This document shows, piece after piece, positions 10,811 to 24,700 of a stretch of DNA of 64,000 bases. Location: contig LSRY02000042.1 in NCBI GenBank assembly GCA_001643675.2, positions 744,001-808,000 of the forward strand, read 5' to 3'. Every line of letters starts with the position of its first letter. The first letter of the stretch is position 1. Under the pieces are notes generated by a model. That model had not been told where the DNA came from and did not search any database. It saw nothing but the letters and a program-made list of their open reading frames with translations. A program made the position numbers and the translations under genes. This DNA comes from Monocercomonoides exilis PA203 (Eukaryota > Protista > Preaxostyla).

Positions 10811-13774
10811 TTACAGTTTATTTCCTTCACAAGTCTGCTTCCATTTACGTTCTTCATCGCTATTGAACGAGTCATATGGGCTAACTGCGAACGGCACTGA
10901 AGAAGACAATTTATGAGAAGAAGAAGAAAAAACATCAGAAGATGAGTCATTACAAGATGAAACAAAAGGTGAAAACGAATCAATAATCTGAAATAGTTTT
11001 TTGTCAAGATATTTATCAAACGTGTTCTTGTCAAAATTATCTACTGTCATTGGCTGAATGCTCTCTTTTGCTTCTTTTGGCTTATCACCTACTTTTTGGC
11101 TGCTTTTGCTCTCTGGACTTTTTGACTGCTCCTCTGCTGCTATTTTGCTGCTGTCACTTTTGTTTTTTGGCTGTTGAATTCCATTTTTCTGAGGTGTGCT
11201 GGTTGTTTCATCTTTTTTCTCTTTTTCCTTCTCATTCTCTTTAGCGCCCTCTGAATTTGATGTTTCTAATTGCTTCTTTTCTTGATTTCCTCCTTCAACA
11301 CTTTCATCTTTTTCTTCAGCATTCCCCTTCTCTTCCATCTTGTCGCTGTTTCCAATCTGCTCAGCACTCAAATCTTTGTATGATTTCCCTTCTTTCTCTT
11401 CTTTAGCCATTGAATTGTCGTCATCCTCATCTTCTTTCGAATCCTCTTTTTTCTCCTTTCCTTCAGATTGTTCTGCCTCGTTTTCATTTTCGCTTTCGAA
11501 GTCTCCATCATCAAAGCTATCATCGTACACATCATCCTTTTCTTCTTCTTCTTCATTTTCTTCATTTTCTTCTTTTTGCTCTTTCCCTTCCTTTATTTCA
11601 TCACCCTCTTTTTTTCCTTTTTTATCATTCTCTTTTTCTTCTTTCTCTTCTTTCTCTTTTTTAGACTCGTTTCTCTTAGCCTCCCTTTTGGCTTCTCTGA
11701 TTTGTGCCTCCTTCTCCATGTTCTGCATCATCTTCGCTGCCCACCTCTTCAGCTGCTCCTTCAGCTCTTCTGCTGCCCTGCCCTTCCGCTCTCTGCAGAC
11801 CAGCGCCGATACAATCGCATCTAATTCCAGCAGGTTCGGCAGCAGCAGGTCGTACAGACTGAACGAGGAGAGGCGGAATGAGGCTGGATACAATTCTCCT
11901 GATGTGCCACTTTCGTAGAAGCTGATCACTGCTTTGCACAGGCGCTGGAACAGATCGTGGATTTCTGAGGCAACAAGCTTCGTCGGATCTTCTTTGAAGT
12001 CAGGATCGTCTTCTTCTTTCTCTTTTCCATCGGCTTTCTTCGAGGCATTGACACTCTTTGTGAGGTCAGCCACATCTGGAAGATGGGCAAAGAAGTTCTC
12101 AACTACCTCAAACAGAACAGGAATCACTGGATAATCTTTTGAGCTGACTTCGCTTTCTTTTTCTTTCTTTGGAAGGTTTTCAGCTTTTTTTGAATCAGAT
12201 TTGGATTTCACTTCTGTTAAATACTGTTCATCTCTTTCTTCTTCTTCATCTTCTTCTTCATCATCTTCTTCCTCTTCCTCTTCGTTTTCTTCTTCTTCTT
12301 CCTCTGCATCTTCGTCTTCTTCCCTCTCAAAATCATCTTCATCTTCTTTCACTTCTGAAATGATGCCCATTCTGCTCCTCTCACTTTGTTCATATTTAGC
12401 TTCTTTTTTCATCAGGTCAAAAACAATCAGTTCTGGCATCTTCAGCAACTGCGATACACTTCTCATGGGAGATGCACCACTCTCTCTTCTCTCCTGCAAC
12501 TCTGCATTCAGCAGAGGCAGCAATGAAACATCACAAAACTCTTCTTCCTCGTCTTTGCCGCTGGAGCTGAGAATGCTGCTTCCTTCTTTCATTTTCATTC
12601 TCTTCTCAAAATCTGACTCCCAAATTGGCTTCAAAGGCAGTGCTGCTTCGCTGTTTCTGCTCGTCTTTGCTTCAAATTTTCGGATGACGTCTTCGCCAAA
12701 CTGCTGTGCAAACTGATATGTTGCATTGACATACACGTCTGTGGTGATGAGTGACTCTGCCAGCTGATCAATCTCTCTGAATGTGCGGTCATTTCTCTGC
12801 TGCTGCACAACCTTCTCTCTGCTTCTCTCTTTGGCACGCGAGGCATATGGCTCTTTTCTGCTGTTGGCACTCATGTTCTGGTAGGCATACAACCCTATTT
12901 CTTCGTCATCTTCCTTCAGCCCATCTGCTTTTTCATTGCTCTTTTCATCATCGCCATCGTCTTCCTGCTCTTTGTCTTCGCCAGCTAAAAAGCCCTTGAT
13001 GCGCAGAGGCTCAATTAATGCTTCAACAACAGGCTTTGTTCTCGGTGTGATGTGCTGAGTGGCTGGCGTGTGAATAAGACGAGTCGACATCGACGACGCC
13101 GGCAAAACTCCGTCTCGCTCAGCCATCCGGTTGGGAGGTGTGGATGGCGGTGTGCAGATCTCCTGCTGCTCTTCTTCATCATCCCCAGCAGGCTCTTCTT
13201 TGCTCTCTTTTCCAGCACCTGCCTCATTGGCGTCATCATCTTCTTTTCCCAGAAGCGCTCTCAAAGAAGGTGTGTCCAGCGGAACGATCAATCCTGCGTT
13301 GATCTGTTTGTGCCGTGGGGTCACGTGATAACCAGGTGAATGTCCAAGACGATAAGATCGCAGCCTTTTTTGCATTTCTTCCTCGGTCTCAAAAGGTGGA
13401 TTATCAATGTATTTAAGTTGATCGGCATCATCAGCTTTTAAGTTGTTTAATGCTTTCAATATCCTGCTTTTCTCAATGTTTGAAAAGAGCGAACTTTTTT
13501 CGCATTCAGACAAAAATATTTCGAGTAATTTTTTGCCTTTATTCGTGATTTCTTTATTGCGATTAATTTTCACTTTGCATTCAATTGCTTCAATAATATC
13601 ACTAAAACACTTCATGTAAACACCATCATAACCTCCATTTATCAAATATTCCAGAATTTCATCTAGTACCATCGGAACTTTCAAAGTATTTGTTTCGTTT
13701 ATAATATTTGATTCAATCAATTTTCCAATTTTTTTAAAAGAAGACGATGATTCATCTGCTAACAACTTTTCCAA
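10811..13774 (-). CDS. acidic low-complexity hypothetical protein (probably has an extra 5' exon)
   Basis: 987-aa open frame with coding-like GC content. It starts at a non-ATG codon just after an acceptor-like TTTCACAG. No domain recognised. Confidence 0.75.
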   Translation of the reverse strand: MEKLLADESSSSFKKIGKLIESNIINETNTLKVPMVLDEILEYLINGGYDGVYMKCFSDIIEAIECKVKINRNKEITNKGKKLLEIFLSECEKSSLFSNIEKSRILKALNNLKADDADQLKYIDNPPFETEEEMQKRLRSYRLGHSPGYHVTPRHKQINAGLIVPLDTPSLRALLGKEDDDANEAGAGKESKEEPAGDDEEEQQEICTPPSTPPNRMAERDGVLPASSMSTRLIHTPATQHITPRTKPVVEALIEPLRIKGFLAGEDKEQEDDGDDEKSNEKADGLKEDDEEIGLYAYQNMSANSRKEPYASRAKERSREKVVQQQRNDRTFREIDQLAESLITTDVYVNATYQFAQQFGEDVIRKFEAKTSRNSEAALPLKPIWESDFEKRMKMKEGSSILSSSGKDEEEEFCDVSLLPLLNAELQERRESGASPMRSVSQLLKMPELIVFDLMKKEAKYEQSERSRMGIISEVKEDEDDFEREEDEDAEEEEEENEEEEEEDDEEEDEEEERDEQYLTEVKSKSDSKKAENLPKKEKESEVSSKDYPVIPVLFEVVENFFAHLPDVADLTKSVNASKKADGKEKEEDDPDFKEDPTKLVASEIHDLFQRLCKAVISFYESGTSGELYPASFRLSSFSLYDLLLPNLLELDAIVSALVCRERKGRAAEELKEQLKRWAAKMMQNMEKEAQIREAKREAKRNESKKEKEEKEEKENDKKGKKEGDEIKEGKEQKEENEENEEEEEKDDVYDDSFDDGDFESENENEAEQSEGKEKKEDSKEDEDDDNSMAKEEKEGKSYKDLSAEQIGNSDKMEEKGNAEEKDESVEGGNQEKKQLETSNSEGAKENEKEKEKKDETTSTPQKNGIQQPKNKSDSSKIAAEEQSKSPESKSSQKVGDKPKEAKESIQPMTVDNFDKNTFDKYLDKKLFQIIDSFSPFVSSCNDSSSDVFSSSSHKLSSSVPFAVSPYDSFNSDEERKWKQTCEGNKL

Positions 13775-14270
13775 AGCATTCTGGAAAAATCTGTGAAAGA
13801 AGATGTATAAATAAATTAAAAAAAAAGTTTTTCAAAAGGTATAAAATTAAAAATGTTACAAGCTCAATGTGTTTATTCGAATGTTTAATATTTTCTGTTT
13901 GTTAATATTTATTTTCAACAGAAAATTCGAATGCAAAAGTAATATTTAAATTATTTTCATAAAAACTCAAGCAAACCGTTTAGCATATGTGAAGGCATTG
14001 TCTAGGAACAATAACATTTCAATTTGAGAGTCATCACACAAAATTCATATTGATTCATAATAAATTATGAAATAGCATGATTAAAAATTAAAAAAAAAGT
14101 AATTCAGGACCAAAGAAGCATGAACATAAACTTAAAGAATCTGATATATTGCAAAGAAAAACAAACATTTCAAATTAAATCCGTCAGTAATGAAAAAAAT
14201 GAATCAATTATTATGGAATTGAAAAGAGCGAAGATGGGAACAAATAGATCTTTATTGCAAACCGATCTCA

Positions 14271-14934
14271 ATGGTTTTGAGTGCATTCTTGAATTTTTAA
14301 ATTCTGTTATTACAATTTTGTAATTAATTACATTTTTTCAAAAAAATTTATGTGTTATTTTACTAAGTCTGAAGAATTGACTGAAGAACAAATTGCCGAT
14401 TACCGTGAAGCTTTCTCTTTGTTTGACAAGGATGGAGATGGCTTCATTACCACAAAAGAACTTGGAACAGGTGTGAATGAATTATAAACTGTAAATCTTC
14501 AATATATTTTTTGTTCTAGTTATGAGATCACTTGGACAGACCCCAACTGAACAAGAACTGAAGGATATGATTGCAGATGTTGACGCAGATGGAAGTGGAA
14601 CCATCGATTTTCCAGAATTTCTCGTCATGATGTCAAAACAATTGAGCAATGCAGATACTGAAGAGCAACTTAAAGAAGCATTTAAAGTATTTGACAAAGA
14701 CGGAAATGGATTTATTTCAGCTGATGAGCTTCGATCAGTTATGGCAAGTCTGGGAGAAAAATTAACACAACAGGAACTCGAAGAAATGATTAAAGAAGCT
14801 GGTATGAAATGATTATCTCGATGCATTTTCTTTCAAGAATAATTTCTTTTTCATTTTGAAAAATTTCTTCAGATCTTAATGGAGATGGTCAAATTGACTA
14901 TGCAGAATTTGTTAAAATGATGATGTCAAAGTAA
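14271..14934 (+). CDS. CAM: calmodulin (149 aa, 4 EF-hands), exons 14271-14273, 14368-14470, 14520-14801, 14873-14934
   Basis: Spliced translation [49 protein letters not shown]...[20 protein letters not shown]. The exons total 450 nt and all introns are GT..AG. An alternative in-frame ATG exists at 14350. Confidence 0.95.
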
Positions 14935-15420
14935 TTTAATTCATTGTTTTGGAATGACGAAGATATATCATTGTTATGAGAATATTTTTTGGTTTAATTT
15001 GTTATTGATGATATTTTCACATCACGCAACAATTTCCCACAATCTGTTGTTATTTGAACATTTTTTATTTGTTCATTATTTACGTTGGTTTTTCATAAAG
15101 ATATATCTTCAGAAATTATTTGGAGTATTAAAAAATCAAGTTGTTTAGAGGGGAAAAATTAATAAACAAAAATGAAGTCATAACATTGAGTAATATTATT
15201 ATGAAGTTTTTTATAACAATATCAACACATTCAATTTTTCTAAATTGCGTGATCTTTGTTGAAACTTTTTTGATTTTGTGAAAGTGGGTCGTGTATCATG
15301 AGTCAAGTTAAAACTATTTGACTCATTATCATTTCGAGCAGATACGATATGACATCAAGAGGAGTTTTATGATTTCTGCTTCCGTAAGAAAAAATGCCCA
15401 TAATATTGCAATATTCAATA

Positions 15421-17194
15421 ATGAGTTCATCATCTGACAAAGATTCTGACAAGCTTCTTGACGCATTATCAGTTGATTATAAGGAAATACCGAAAGACGA
15501 AAGAGAGAAAATTACAGAATTTCTTAAACATACAGCTTCAGCTTTGCATGAACTGACAAAAAAGCCTCACACAACACTAAAATCAGATTTTGAAACTCAA
15601 TTACGCGCTTCTGAAGAATCTGCATCAAAGGCAGTGGATGCATTTGCAGAGTTAGCTCGTATGCTTTTTATTTAAACAAATTTTTTTAATTAAACTTTGA
15701 TAAAGCTCCAATTCCATCAAAGGAAGGAGTTCCAATACCATTTGAACCAGACAGACCTGTAACTATGAAAGATTTGTTTGAAGCAGAAGTTAGGTTGACA
15801 AAACTTATTAAACAAGTTTGTTCTTTCTTTCAAATTTATCCTTATTGAGAAAAAATATTTCTCAAATTAACAAATTTTACAGATACACAAAGGCTCATCA
15901 CCGTCAAGCGACTCATCTCTTGGAGATGATTCAGAAAAGAAAAGAGAGAAAGATGAAACAAAGAAAAAAGAAGATGATGATGGAAGTTTAGCAATGGAAA
16001 CAACCGATGATGAGAAAGATAAAGATGAAGACAAAGACAAAGATGAAACAAAAGACAAAGATGAATCATCTGAAAGTGAGAAAGACAGTGAGAAAGACAG
16101 CGAGAAAGAGAGCGAGAAAAAGAAAGAAAAACATTCAAAGAAATCCAAATCCAAAGACAAAAGCAAAGGAAAAAGTGAGTCTAAGTCAAGTGATGATTCA
16201 GACTCGGATGCAGAATCAAGTTCTGAGAGCAAATTTGTATCGGATTCAGATAAAGACAGCGATTCAGATGAAAAGGAAGATGATTCAGATGATTCAGATG
16301 ATGATGACGATGAAGAAGAAGAAGATGATGACAAGGGATCTTCAAAGGAACGGAAGCAGTACAAGAAGTGGGAGAAAGAAGTCAAAAAACTTGAGAAAAA
16401 GCGCAAAAAGGACTTCCCCAAGCTTGACAAGGCGCTGGTAAAGAGGCATGCGAAGCTGAAGACGCTGAAAGTGAAAGGGACGAAGATCCGCCCTCTGCTG
16501 GACTTGGAGACGTTTCCTCAGACGTGCTACAAAGACGGCTATTTGGCGTGGGCGAAGTCGGGTCCCTCGTATGTGACGACGGTGACGAAGGAAGTGTTCA
16601 GCAGAGGCATCATCCTGCTGGAGGTGGTGTTTGACATGGCAACAACGTCTTCGTCCAGCACATCGACTGCACTGGGCGTGGCTGATGCATCGTGGAAGAA
16701 ACCCAGCGGGTGGATGGGCAACGACAGCGACTCGATGGACTGGAACTACACGTTTGTGCTATTGTGATGTTGACGCTGTTATTATGTTGTTCTGTTTTTG
16801 AGAGATTGAAAATTTATATATTTATTTGTTTATTTTAATATTTTATCATTTTCACTTTAAATAATTAAAATATTTCTTTTCCTTCTATTTCTTCTTCTCC
16901 TTCTTTTCCATCTTTATTATTTATTTATCTTTCTATCTTTTTATTTATATATTTCAGAGGGCCCTGCTACCACAACAGCAACTCCACCAGTGGCAACAAG
17001 TCGATCAGCCTGGGAGATTTGATTGGGGCAGAAGTGAATCTGAAGAAGAGGACACTTCACTTCTTCCACTCCAGAGAGCTACAGACTGTCAGCTTCACCA
17101 ACATCCCAAAGAAAATCGTGTTCGGAGTATGTGTTTAGGATGAAAGTGATAGAGATGAGATGAGATGAAATGAAATGAAACGAGAGGAAGAATA

Positions 17195-17225
<31 letters not shown>

Positions 17226-17556
17226 TTAATGAGATTTATTCGTTTTTGAATGAATTGCTTTGTTTCTATTTTTTTTTTTTTTTTGTTAAATTGCGAATAC
17301 CAATAATTTATTCTACCATCGCATCATTCTCTTATTGATTGATCAATTCATTCATTCATATGTATTTATTTTGATACTTCTTCTCTTTCTTCTATTTTCT
17401 CTTTCCTCTTTTCAATCTAATTTCTGCAATCAACCCCATCTTCCAACCAAGTTCTGTGGAGGCTCTCAAAATCTCCTCTGCCACATTGTCTCAATGAAGA
17501 GACTGCGCTCAACAAAAACAAAGAGCAAAAAAGGAGGACAAGTTGTGTCATGGTAA
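15421..17556 (+). CDS. acidic/Lys-rich protein with C-terminal SPRY/B30.2-like domain; exons 15421-15658, 15706-15815, 15883-16751, 16958-17126, 17452-17556
   Basis: GT..AG introns keep the frame. The C-terminus reads VFSRGIILLEVVF..LGVAD..MGNDSDS..GDLIGAEVNLKKRTLHFF..SFTNIPKKIVFG, a typical SPRY beta-sandwich pattern. Confidence 0.75.
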
Positions 17557-18990
17557 ATGTACTGTGTGTGAATGTGTGTGCGTATCATTTCTTGTCTCAT
17601 CCAAACAGAATGAATATGGCAATAGCATTTGCTGTCATTTCTTGCAATTTTTGTGGCTCTTCTCTTTGAATGCCATTGCTTTTCATTCTGTTTTGTTGAA
17701 GTTATCTCTTCAATGAATGCTCTTCTTTCTGTCCATTTGTATCTGCAAATTATAAACATGCCATTGTTGATGAAATGATGCAACACAGAACTTTCTCTGC
17801 TTCATCTTTTCTCTTTGGCATGCTATTTTATTTTATTTTATTTTTTCTCCCCCTCTCTATTTAATGGTTAAATGATTTTGTCTTATCTAATCTTTTCTTT
17901 AATTTGGTGTTTCTTTCGTTGGATCCATTCGTGTTGCTGTTTGTTCTATCCACACACTTCATTTGTCAATAGGAATGTTAGTTGTGGATGTAATGCACAA
18001 ATCTTATTTATTATTATTATTATTTTATTTACTTACCTTTAAGACAAAGCAAATAAAACAGCAACATTGTCATTAATAAATAAGTCATTTATTGAAAGTA
18101 TTCACACGAATTATCAATTCTACAAGCCCAAACCGTAAGTGTCAAAAGAAGACGAGGAAAGAAGGAAGAGAAAAAGAAAGTGAAATTAAATAAAATAAAA
18201 TAAAAACAAATGAAAAATGAAAATAAAATGAAAATAAAATAAAAACAAAAGAAAATAAAATAAAACTACTGATGGAGCAACCGTTTTGATGCGTCATGAA
18301 AAGAAACGATTGAAGAAGAGAACATAACAATGATGATAACAATGATGATGATGTTACTAACAAGAATTATGCATATTTCTAATGCAACATTTCTGATTGG
18401 TCACAACACAAAAAAGTGACAATTAGACAACAAAAATAAAAGAAACTTCTAACAAACAGTTAAAAAAAAAGAATATTTTTTTGTGGGAAAAAAAAAATAA
18501 AATAAAAATAAAAAGAAGAAGGAAAACAATACATAAAAAAGAAAGGCTTAATTTATATTCATTTTTGTACAGATAGATTTCAGAAAGTGACAATAAAAAA
18601 AAAAATGGAATAAGTTTTATTTGATCAAAAAATGCAACCACATTTTGACTTTTACGAAAAAGCAAAAGAAGAAATTAAAAAAGAAAAAGAAAAAGAAAAA
18701 GAAAAATAAAGTTTGATTGATGAAACAAGAAGATGGAACAAGAATTACTTGAAGATGGATTATCAGTCATTGAAAACAGAAAGACAAACATTGCAACACA
18801 GCAAGACAACAGAACAATCAATTAACATTTCTCTCTTCTTCTGCCTTCTTCCAATTCATAACAAAATATCCAACAAAGCACAAATCTCTTCCACCAAATA
18901 ACAAAATAAAACAAAAAAAAAAGAAAATTAAAAGAACATTAAAACAGAACAGAGCAGAATAATATTGTATCAGAATATTCAGCATCATCT

Positions 18991-19159
18991 TCATTGACTC
19001 CTATTGGCATCGTTTTTGAGGGTGTGGCAGAGCTCCTGTTGAAATGCCAGCACTTTTGGGGGAAGAGGAGGAGGTTTTGAAGGAAGGCCATTCTTCTGCT
19101 TGAGATGTGGATTGATTGTGGCTGCCATTGGGAGAGAGGGAGAGAGAGAGGGAGAGAGT

Positions 19160-19191
<32 letters not shown>

Positions 19192-20113
19192 AGAGGAAGA
19201 AGAGTGAGGAGAGAGAGAAAGAGGAGGAGGAGAAAGAGAAGGAAGAGGAGAACGAGGAGAACGGGGAGGAGGAGTGGTTGGAAGAGGAGGAGCACCTGAT
19301 GGTGAAGAAGAAGAAAGAGAAGAAGAAGCAACAGAATCAGTTCTTCCTCTTTCTGTTCCTTTCTCCCTGTGCTGGTTGAGATGGAGGGGAGGAGCATTCT
19401 TCGGGAGAGGAGGGCGAAGGGTGTGAGAAAGAGGCTCGTTGAGAGTGTGGCTGAGATGGATGACACTTCCGCTCTGCTGGTTGAGAAGAGCCAGACGCTG
19501 TGCTATGGTCATTGGCTTGGAGGAAGACGAAGACGAAGAAGAGAAGGAGGAGGGAGAAGAAGAAGAGGAAGAAGAAGAAGAAGAGGAAGAGGAAGAGGAA
19601 GAGGAAGAGGAAGAGGAAGAGAGAGAGAGAGAAGGAGAAGATGGGTGAGGAGTGGAAGGGGTGGAGAAAGAGGAAGGCTTTTGAGAGATGAATGGAGAAG
19701 CAGAGGCAGAAGAGAGGGCATCTGACTCTTCCAAAGTGGAGAGAGAGGAAGAAGGAGAAGAGGAAGAAGAAGAAAGAGAAGGAGAAGGAGAAGACGGAGA
19801 AGAAGAGGATGATGAATGAAGAGTGGATGACATGAAATTGAGGGAGGTGGCAGGAGAAACATGAGAAGAGTCAGAAGAAGATGTTGAAGAAGAAGAAATG
19901 GAAGAAGAAGAAGAAGAGGAGGAGGAAGAAGAAAGAGAGAAAGGAGGGGCAGCAGGAGAGAGGGAAGGAGTGATGCGAGCAGACGAAGGGAGAAGAGGAG
20001 TGGAAGAGTGGACGACATCAGCTCCACTCTCGACAGAAGCAAAGGGATCGAATGAGGAGGAGGAAGAGGCAGAGGCAAAAGGAGAGGAGGAGAAGGAAGA
20101 AGAAGAAGAAGAG

Positions 20114-20172
<59 letters not shown>

Positions 20173-21667
20173 TAAGGAGGAGGACGAAGAAGAAATAGAA
20201 GCAGAAGCAGTTGCTTTGAGAAGAGTGTTGGAGGAGTCAGATGAAGTGAATAAAGAAGGAGAAGGAGAAGAAGGAGAAAGAGAAGAAGAAGAAGAAGAAA
20301 GAAGAGAAGGAGTAACAGGTGTGGATGAAGAAACAGCATCTGCAAATGAATTGACTGAAGAAGAAGAAGAAGATGATGATGATGAATTTTCTTCATTAAC
20401 ATCTCTTCCTCTCTTCAATTCTTCCTCTTTCTCTTCATCATCATCATCTTCTTCTTCTCTCTTCTTTGAGATGAGCTTCTGATTGAATGGCGGAGGTGTC
20501 GGCGGAGAGGCAAAGGAAGATGGAACACTCGATGCTTTCATTGCAGATGGATGAATAACTTGGCTAATCACTTCTTTTTCTTTCTCCTTCTCTTTCACTT
20601 CCTTTTCTTCTTCTTCTTTCTCTTCTTTAATCTCCTTCTCCTTCTTTTCATCATCTTCTTTCTCTTCCTTCTCTTCTTTCTCTTTCTTCTCCTCTCTCTT
20701 TCCTCTCCTTTCTCTCTGAAAGTCAAACCAGAAGTCTTCTTCGTATTCATCCTCTTCTCCCACATAGCTCTCCCCATCATCGTCTGCATCACCCAAATCG
20801 GTCTCTTCCAAATAGCCTCCTCTTTCTACACCTCCTCTTTCTCTTCCTCCTTCTCTTTCTCCTTCTTCTTCTTTCTTCTCTTTCTCTTTCTCTTCTTTCT
20901 CCTCTTTCTCCTTCATCTCTTTCTCCTTCATCTCTTTCTCCTTCTCCTTCTCCTTCTCCCACTTGCTGTATTTGATTGTGCTCTGGAAGGAAGGGATCAT
21001 CGAAGGAGGAGGCGGAAGAGGAGGAGGACGAGAAGGAAGAGCCATTCCACTCAAAGAGACTCTTCTGCTTGTGCTGTCAGAGGAGAGAGAGAGAGAAGGC
21101 GAAGGAGAAGAAGGAGAGGGATAGGGAGAGGATGGAGAGGGGGAGGGGGAGGAAGGAGAAGGAGAGGAAGGAGAAAGAGAAGAGGAAGAAGAGGAGGAGG
21201 AAGAAGAGGAAGAGGAAGAAGATGTGTTGAGAGTGGGTGTGGTGACAGGGGTGATGGAAGGAGAGGCAGTTTGAGAAGAGACAGCTGTTGCAGAGAGGAA
21301 AGGAGAATCATTTGAAGATGAGGAAGAGGAAGAAGAGGAAGAAGAAATAGAAGAAGAAGAAGAGATGGGAGTGGAAGCAGTAAGAGAAGAAGCAGAATTA
21401 GAGATTAATGACAGTTTTCTTCTACTTCCATTGCTATTATTGATGTTATTGCTATTGCTATTGCTATTGATGCTGTTATGAGAGAGAGAGAGAGAAAGAG
21501 AGTGAGAGTGAGAGTGAGTGTGGTTGAGGGAGGAGGACATGAAGGAGACAGGAGAGGAAGCAGCAGAGATGACAGGAGAGGCAGAGACAGAGGCACAAGA
21601 GAAGGGAGAGTCAAAGGAGTTCTGAGTGGAGGAGAGGGAGGAGATTTCATTGGGCTGGTCATTCAAT

Positions 21668-21703
<36 letters not shown>

Positions 21704-24700
21704 AGAGAAGAAGAGGAGGAGGAAGATAAATTAGATGTGGTTGTTAATAAGTCATCATTGGCTGATAATGAGGGAGAGGAGGAAGAAGAAGAAGCAGAAG
21801 CAGAAGAAGAAAGATTCTTTTGAGAGAGAAGAGATTGAGAAATATCTTTCCTCACTCCAGTCAGATGAGTTGTGTGGGACATGTTGATGGCATCAGAAGA
21901 AGAGGAGGAAAGAGAAGGAGAACGAGAGTGAGAAGGAGATGAGGAAGAGGAAGAGGAAGCAGAAGAGGAAGAGGAAGAAGAAGAAGAAGATAATTGAGCA
22001 TTCAATGGGAAATGGATAGTTTGAGACATGGAAGAAGAAGAAGAAGCAGAAGCAGCAGGCAATCCAGCCATTCCTGATAGATTCATACTCTTCACCCTCC
22101 CACCACCACATCCCATCTTCCTCTCTCTCTTCATCTTCTCCTCCCTCTCTCTCTCCTTCTCAAACTGCAGCGTCATCTCAATCGTGTTGCTCATAATCTT
22201 CTCCTGTGACTGCATCCTCTGATTCATCCCTTCCTTTGATGTGCCCATCAGCTGAGACAGCTGTGCACCCAGTCGATTTCGGATAGACTGGAACTGAGTG
22301 GAGGCACACTCGGCCCTCACTGATGAAGAGACTGGAGAGAAAGAGAAAGAAAGAGAGAGAGAGAGAGAAGAAGAAGGAGAAAGAAGGAGAAAGAGAAAGA
22401 GAAGAAGAATAGAATAATAGTAATAAATAAATAAATAAATAAAATCAAATATAAAATAGCATACCAAATTCTGTTTTTCTATCATCATCATCATCACCCT
22501 CACCATCAATTGAAGCAGAATAAGAAGAAGAATAAGATCCAGCGAGAGAAGAAGAAGAAGAGTGGAGAGGAGAAGAAAGAGGAGAGGCAGATGAGAAGGA
22601 GCCTCCTCTGTGATGGGTCATCTGCTGGTTCTTTTGGAGAAGAAGCGTCCGCTCTCTCACTGACAGTGTGCCTGGTGAAGAAGAAGAAGAGGAGGAAGAA
22701 GAAGAGGAAGAGAAGGAAGAGGAAGAAAGGGGAGAAGGCATTGAATAAGGATTGAGAGGAGAAGAGAAAGGAGATTGAGAAGAAGAAGAAGTTGAAGAAG
22801 AAGAAGAAGAAGAAGAAGAAGATGTTGATTCATTAGTATCTTTTGTGTCATTTTCATTGCCTGTTGCATTCTCATTTGAAGAAGAGCTTTGCCTGAGAGG
22901 AGTGGAGATGGCAATATTTGGCTTGGTTTTTGGGATCATCGGAGGAATACTACTGGACATACTGGCTGAATGAAGAGGAGAAGGAGAAGGAGAGGAAGAG
23001 GAAGAGGAAGAAGAAGAAGAAGAAATGGAAAGAGGAGAAGAGAGAGGAGAAGAGAGAGGAGAAGAGAGAGGGAGAGGAGGAGAAGAGGAAGGGAAGGTGT
23101 TTGTGGGGGAAGACAGCTGAAGAGAAGAGCGAGTGATGATGGGGGAGACAGTAGATGAGTGGTGGTGCATTGGCTGTGTCTGTGTCTGTGTCTGTGACTG
23201 AGAGAGAGGGGAAGATGGCATTGAAGAAGAAGAAGAAGAGGAGGAGGAAGAAGAAGGAGAAGATGTTGGAGATGATGTGGCAGCAGAAGCAGAGGCAAAG
23301 AGATTCTCACCTTGCTGTGCCACCCCAAAATTACCTCCAAAAGTGTTTCTTCTTTTTCTCGTCTCCAAAAGCTTTTCTTTCTCTTTCTCTCTCTCTTTCT
23401 CTCTCTCCTTCTCTTTCTCCTTTTCCTTTTCCTTTTCCTTCTCCTTCTCCTTCTCCTTCTCTCCATCCAATCCGCTCTTTGCCCTGTTCTTTGCGTTCTT
23501 GTCCATCGGAATCACTTTCCTCCAGTCCACTCTCAATGACTCCAGCACCTTCTCCCACAGCTTCGGCTTCTCGGGTGGGCGAAGAGGAAGAGTGCACTCT
23601 GAGAAATGTGTGGTGGCAATAGGGAAGAAGATGTTCTGATTGGGTTGTGATTGTGATTGAGATTGTGATTGTGGTGTGTTCTTCTTCTTCTTGTTGTTGT
23701 TGTTATTGTTCGTGTTCCTTCTGCTCCCTTCTCTTTCATTCCCATTCTTCTCATTGTACCCTTTCTCATTCACTTCATTTACTTCATCCTTCTCCTTCTC
23801 CTCCTTCTTCTCCTTCTTCTCTCCATTCCCTGTCCATTTTGTCTTGTTCCTCCTCTCAATCTTCTCCCTCGCGTTCTTCATCGTCTCATTCAGCTTCTCA
23901 AACCACTGCTTCAGCACAGCCCCTTCCTGAAATGCAAAGAGATACGAAGCATCTTTTGTTAACAGCAGAAGAAGATATGGATACTGCTTCCCTTTCTGAA
24001 TGGCATCGCTTTCTCCTTCCTCTCCTTCTATTCCGAGTGCCACTGCCTCCATCGATTGGATGGGGATCTGCCACTGGAACTGATAATTGGCATGGCTGGA
24101 GGAGAAGAAAGAAGAGGCGATGGATTGTGTGGTGACAAGAAAGAGGTCAGAGAAGAGGAAGAGGAAGCGAACAGAGGTTGAATCACGGTTGATTTTGATG
24201 GCTTTGGACTCGAAGACGAAGGAGCGGGTGGGAGTGACAAGATTCTGATTGGAGGGGAAGAAGAGAATAAATGGAATACATATGCATATTTATAATATAA
24301 CAAAATAGAATAATGAAGTCAAATTCAAAGGATTTGAAAGAGAAAGAGAAAGAGAAAGAGAAAGAGAAAGAGAAAGAGAAAGAGAAAAGAAAAGAAAAGA
24401 AAAGAAAAGAAAAGAAAAGAAAAATATAAGTCATTAAAAAAAAAAAAAAAAAGAGAGAGAGAGAGAGAAAGAGAGAGAAATGTCATAGATGAATCACATA
24501 CCCCTGGGTATTCAATGAGTTTTGTCTGTATGTCCATCACTTTCTCCATGGCTGCTTTGTTGTGGATGCTCCAGTTGATGAAGTATGCTGCCTCCTGTGC
24601 CAGCTGGTGGGCTTTCCTGCAGACAGGGAGGTCGTTGTGGATGAAGAACACATCCAATGAGCTTGCCTTCCCCACTTTCTCTTCCTCTGCCAGCAGCATC

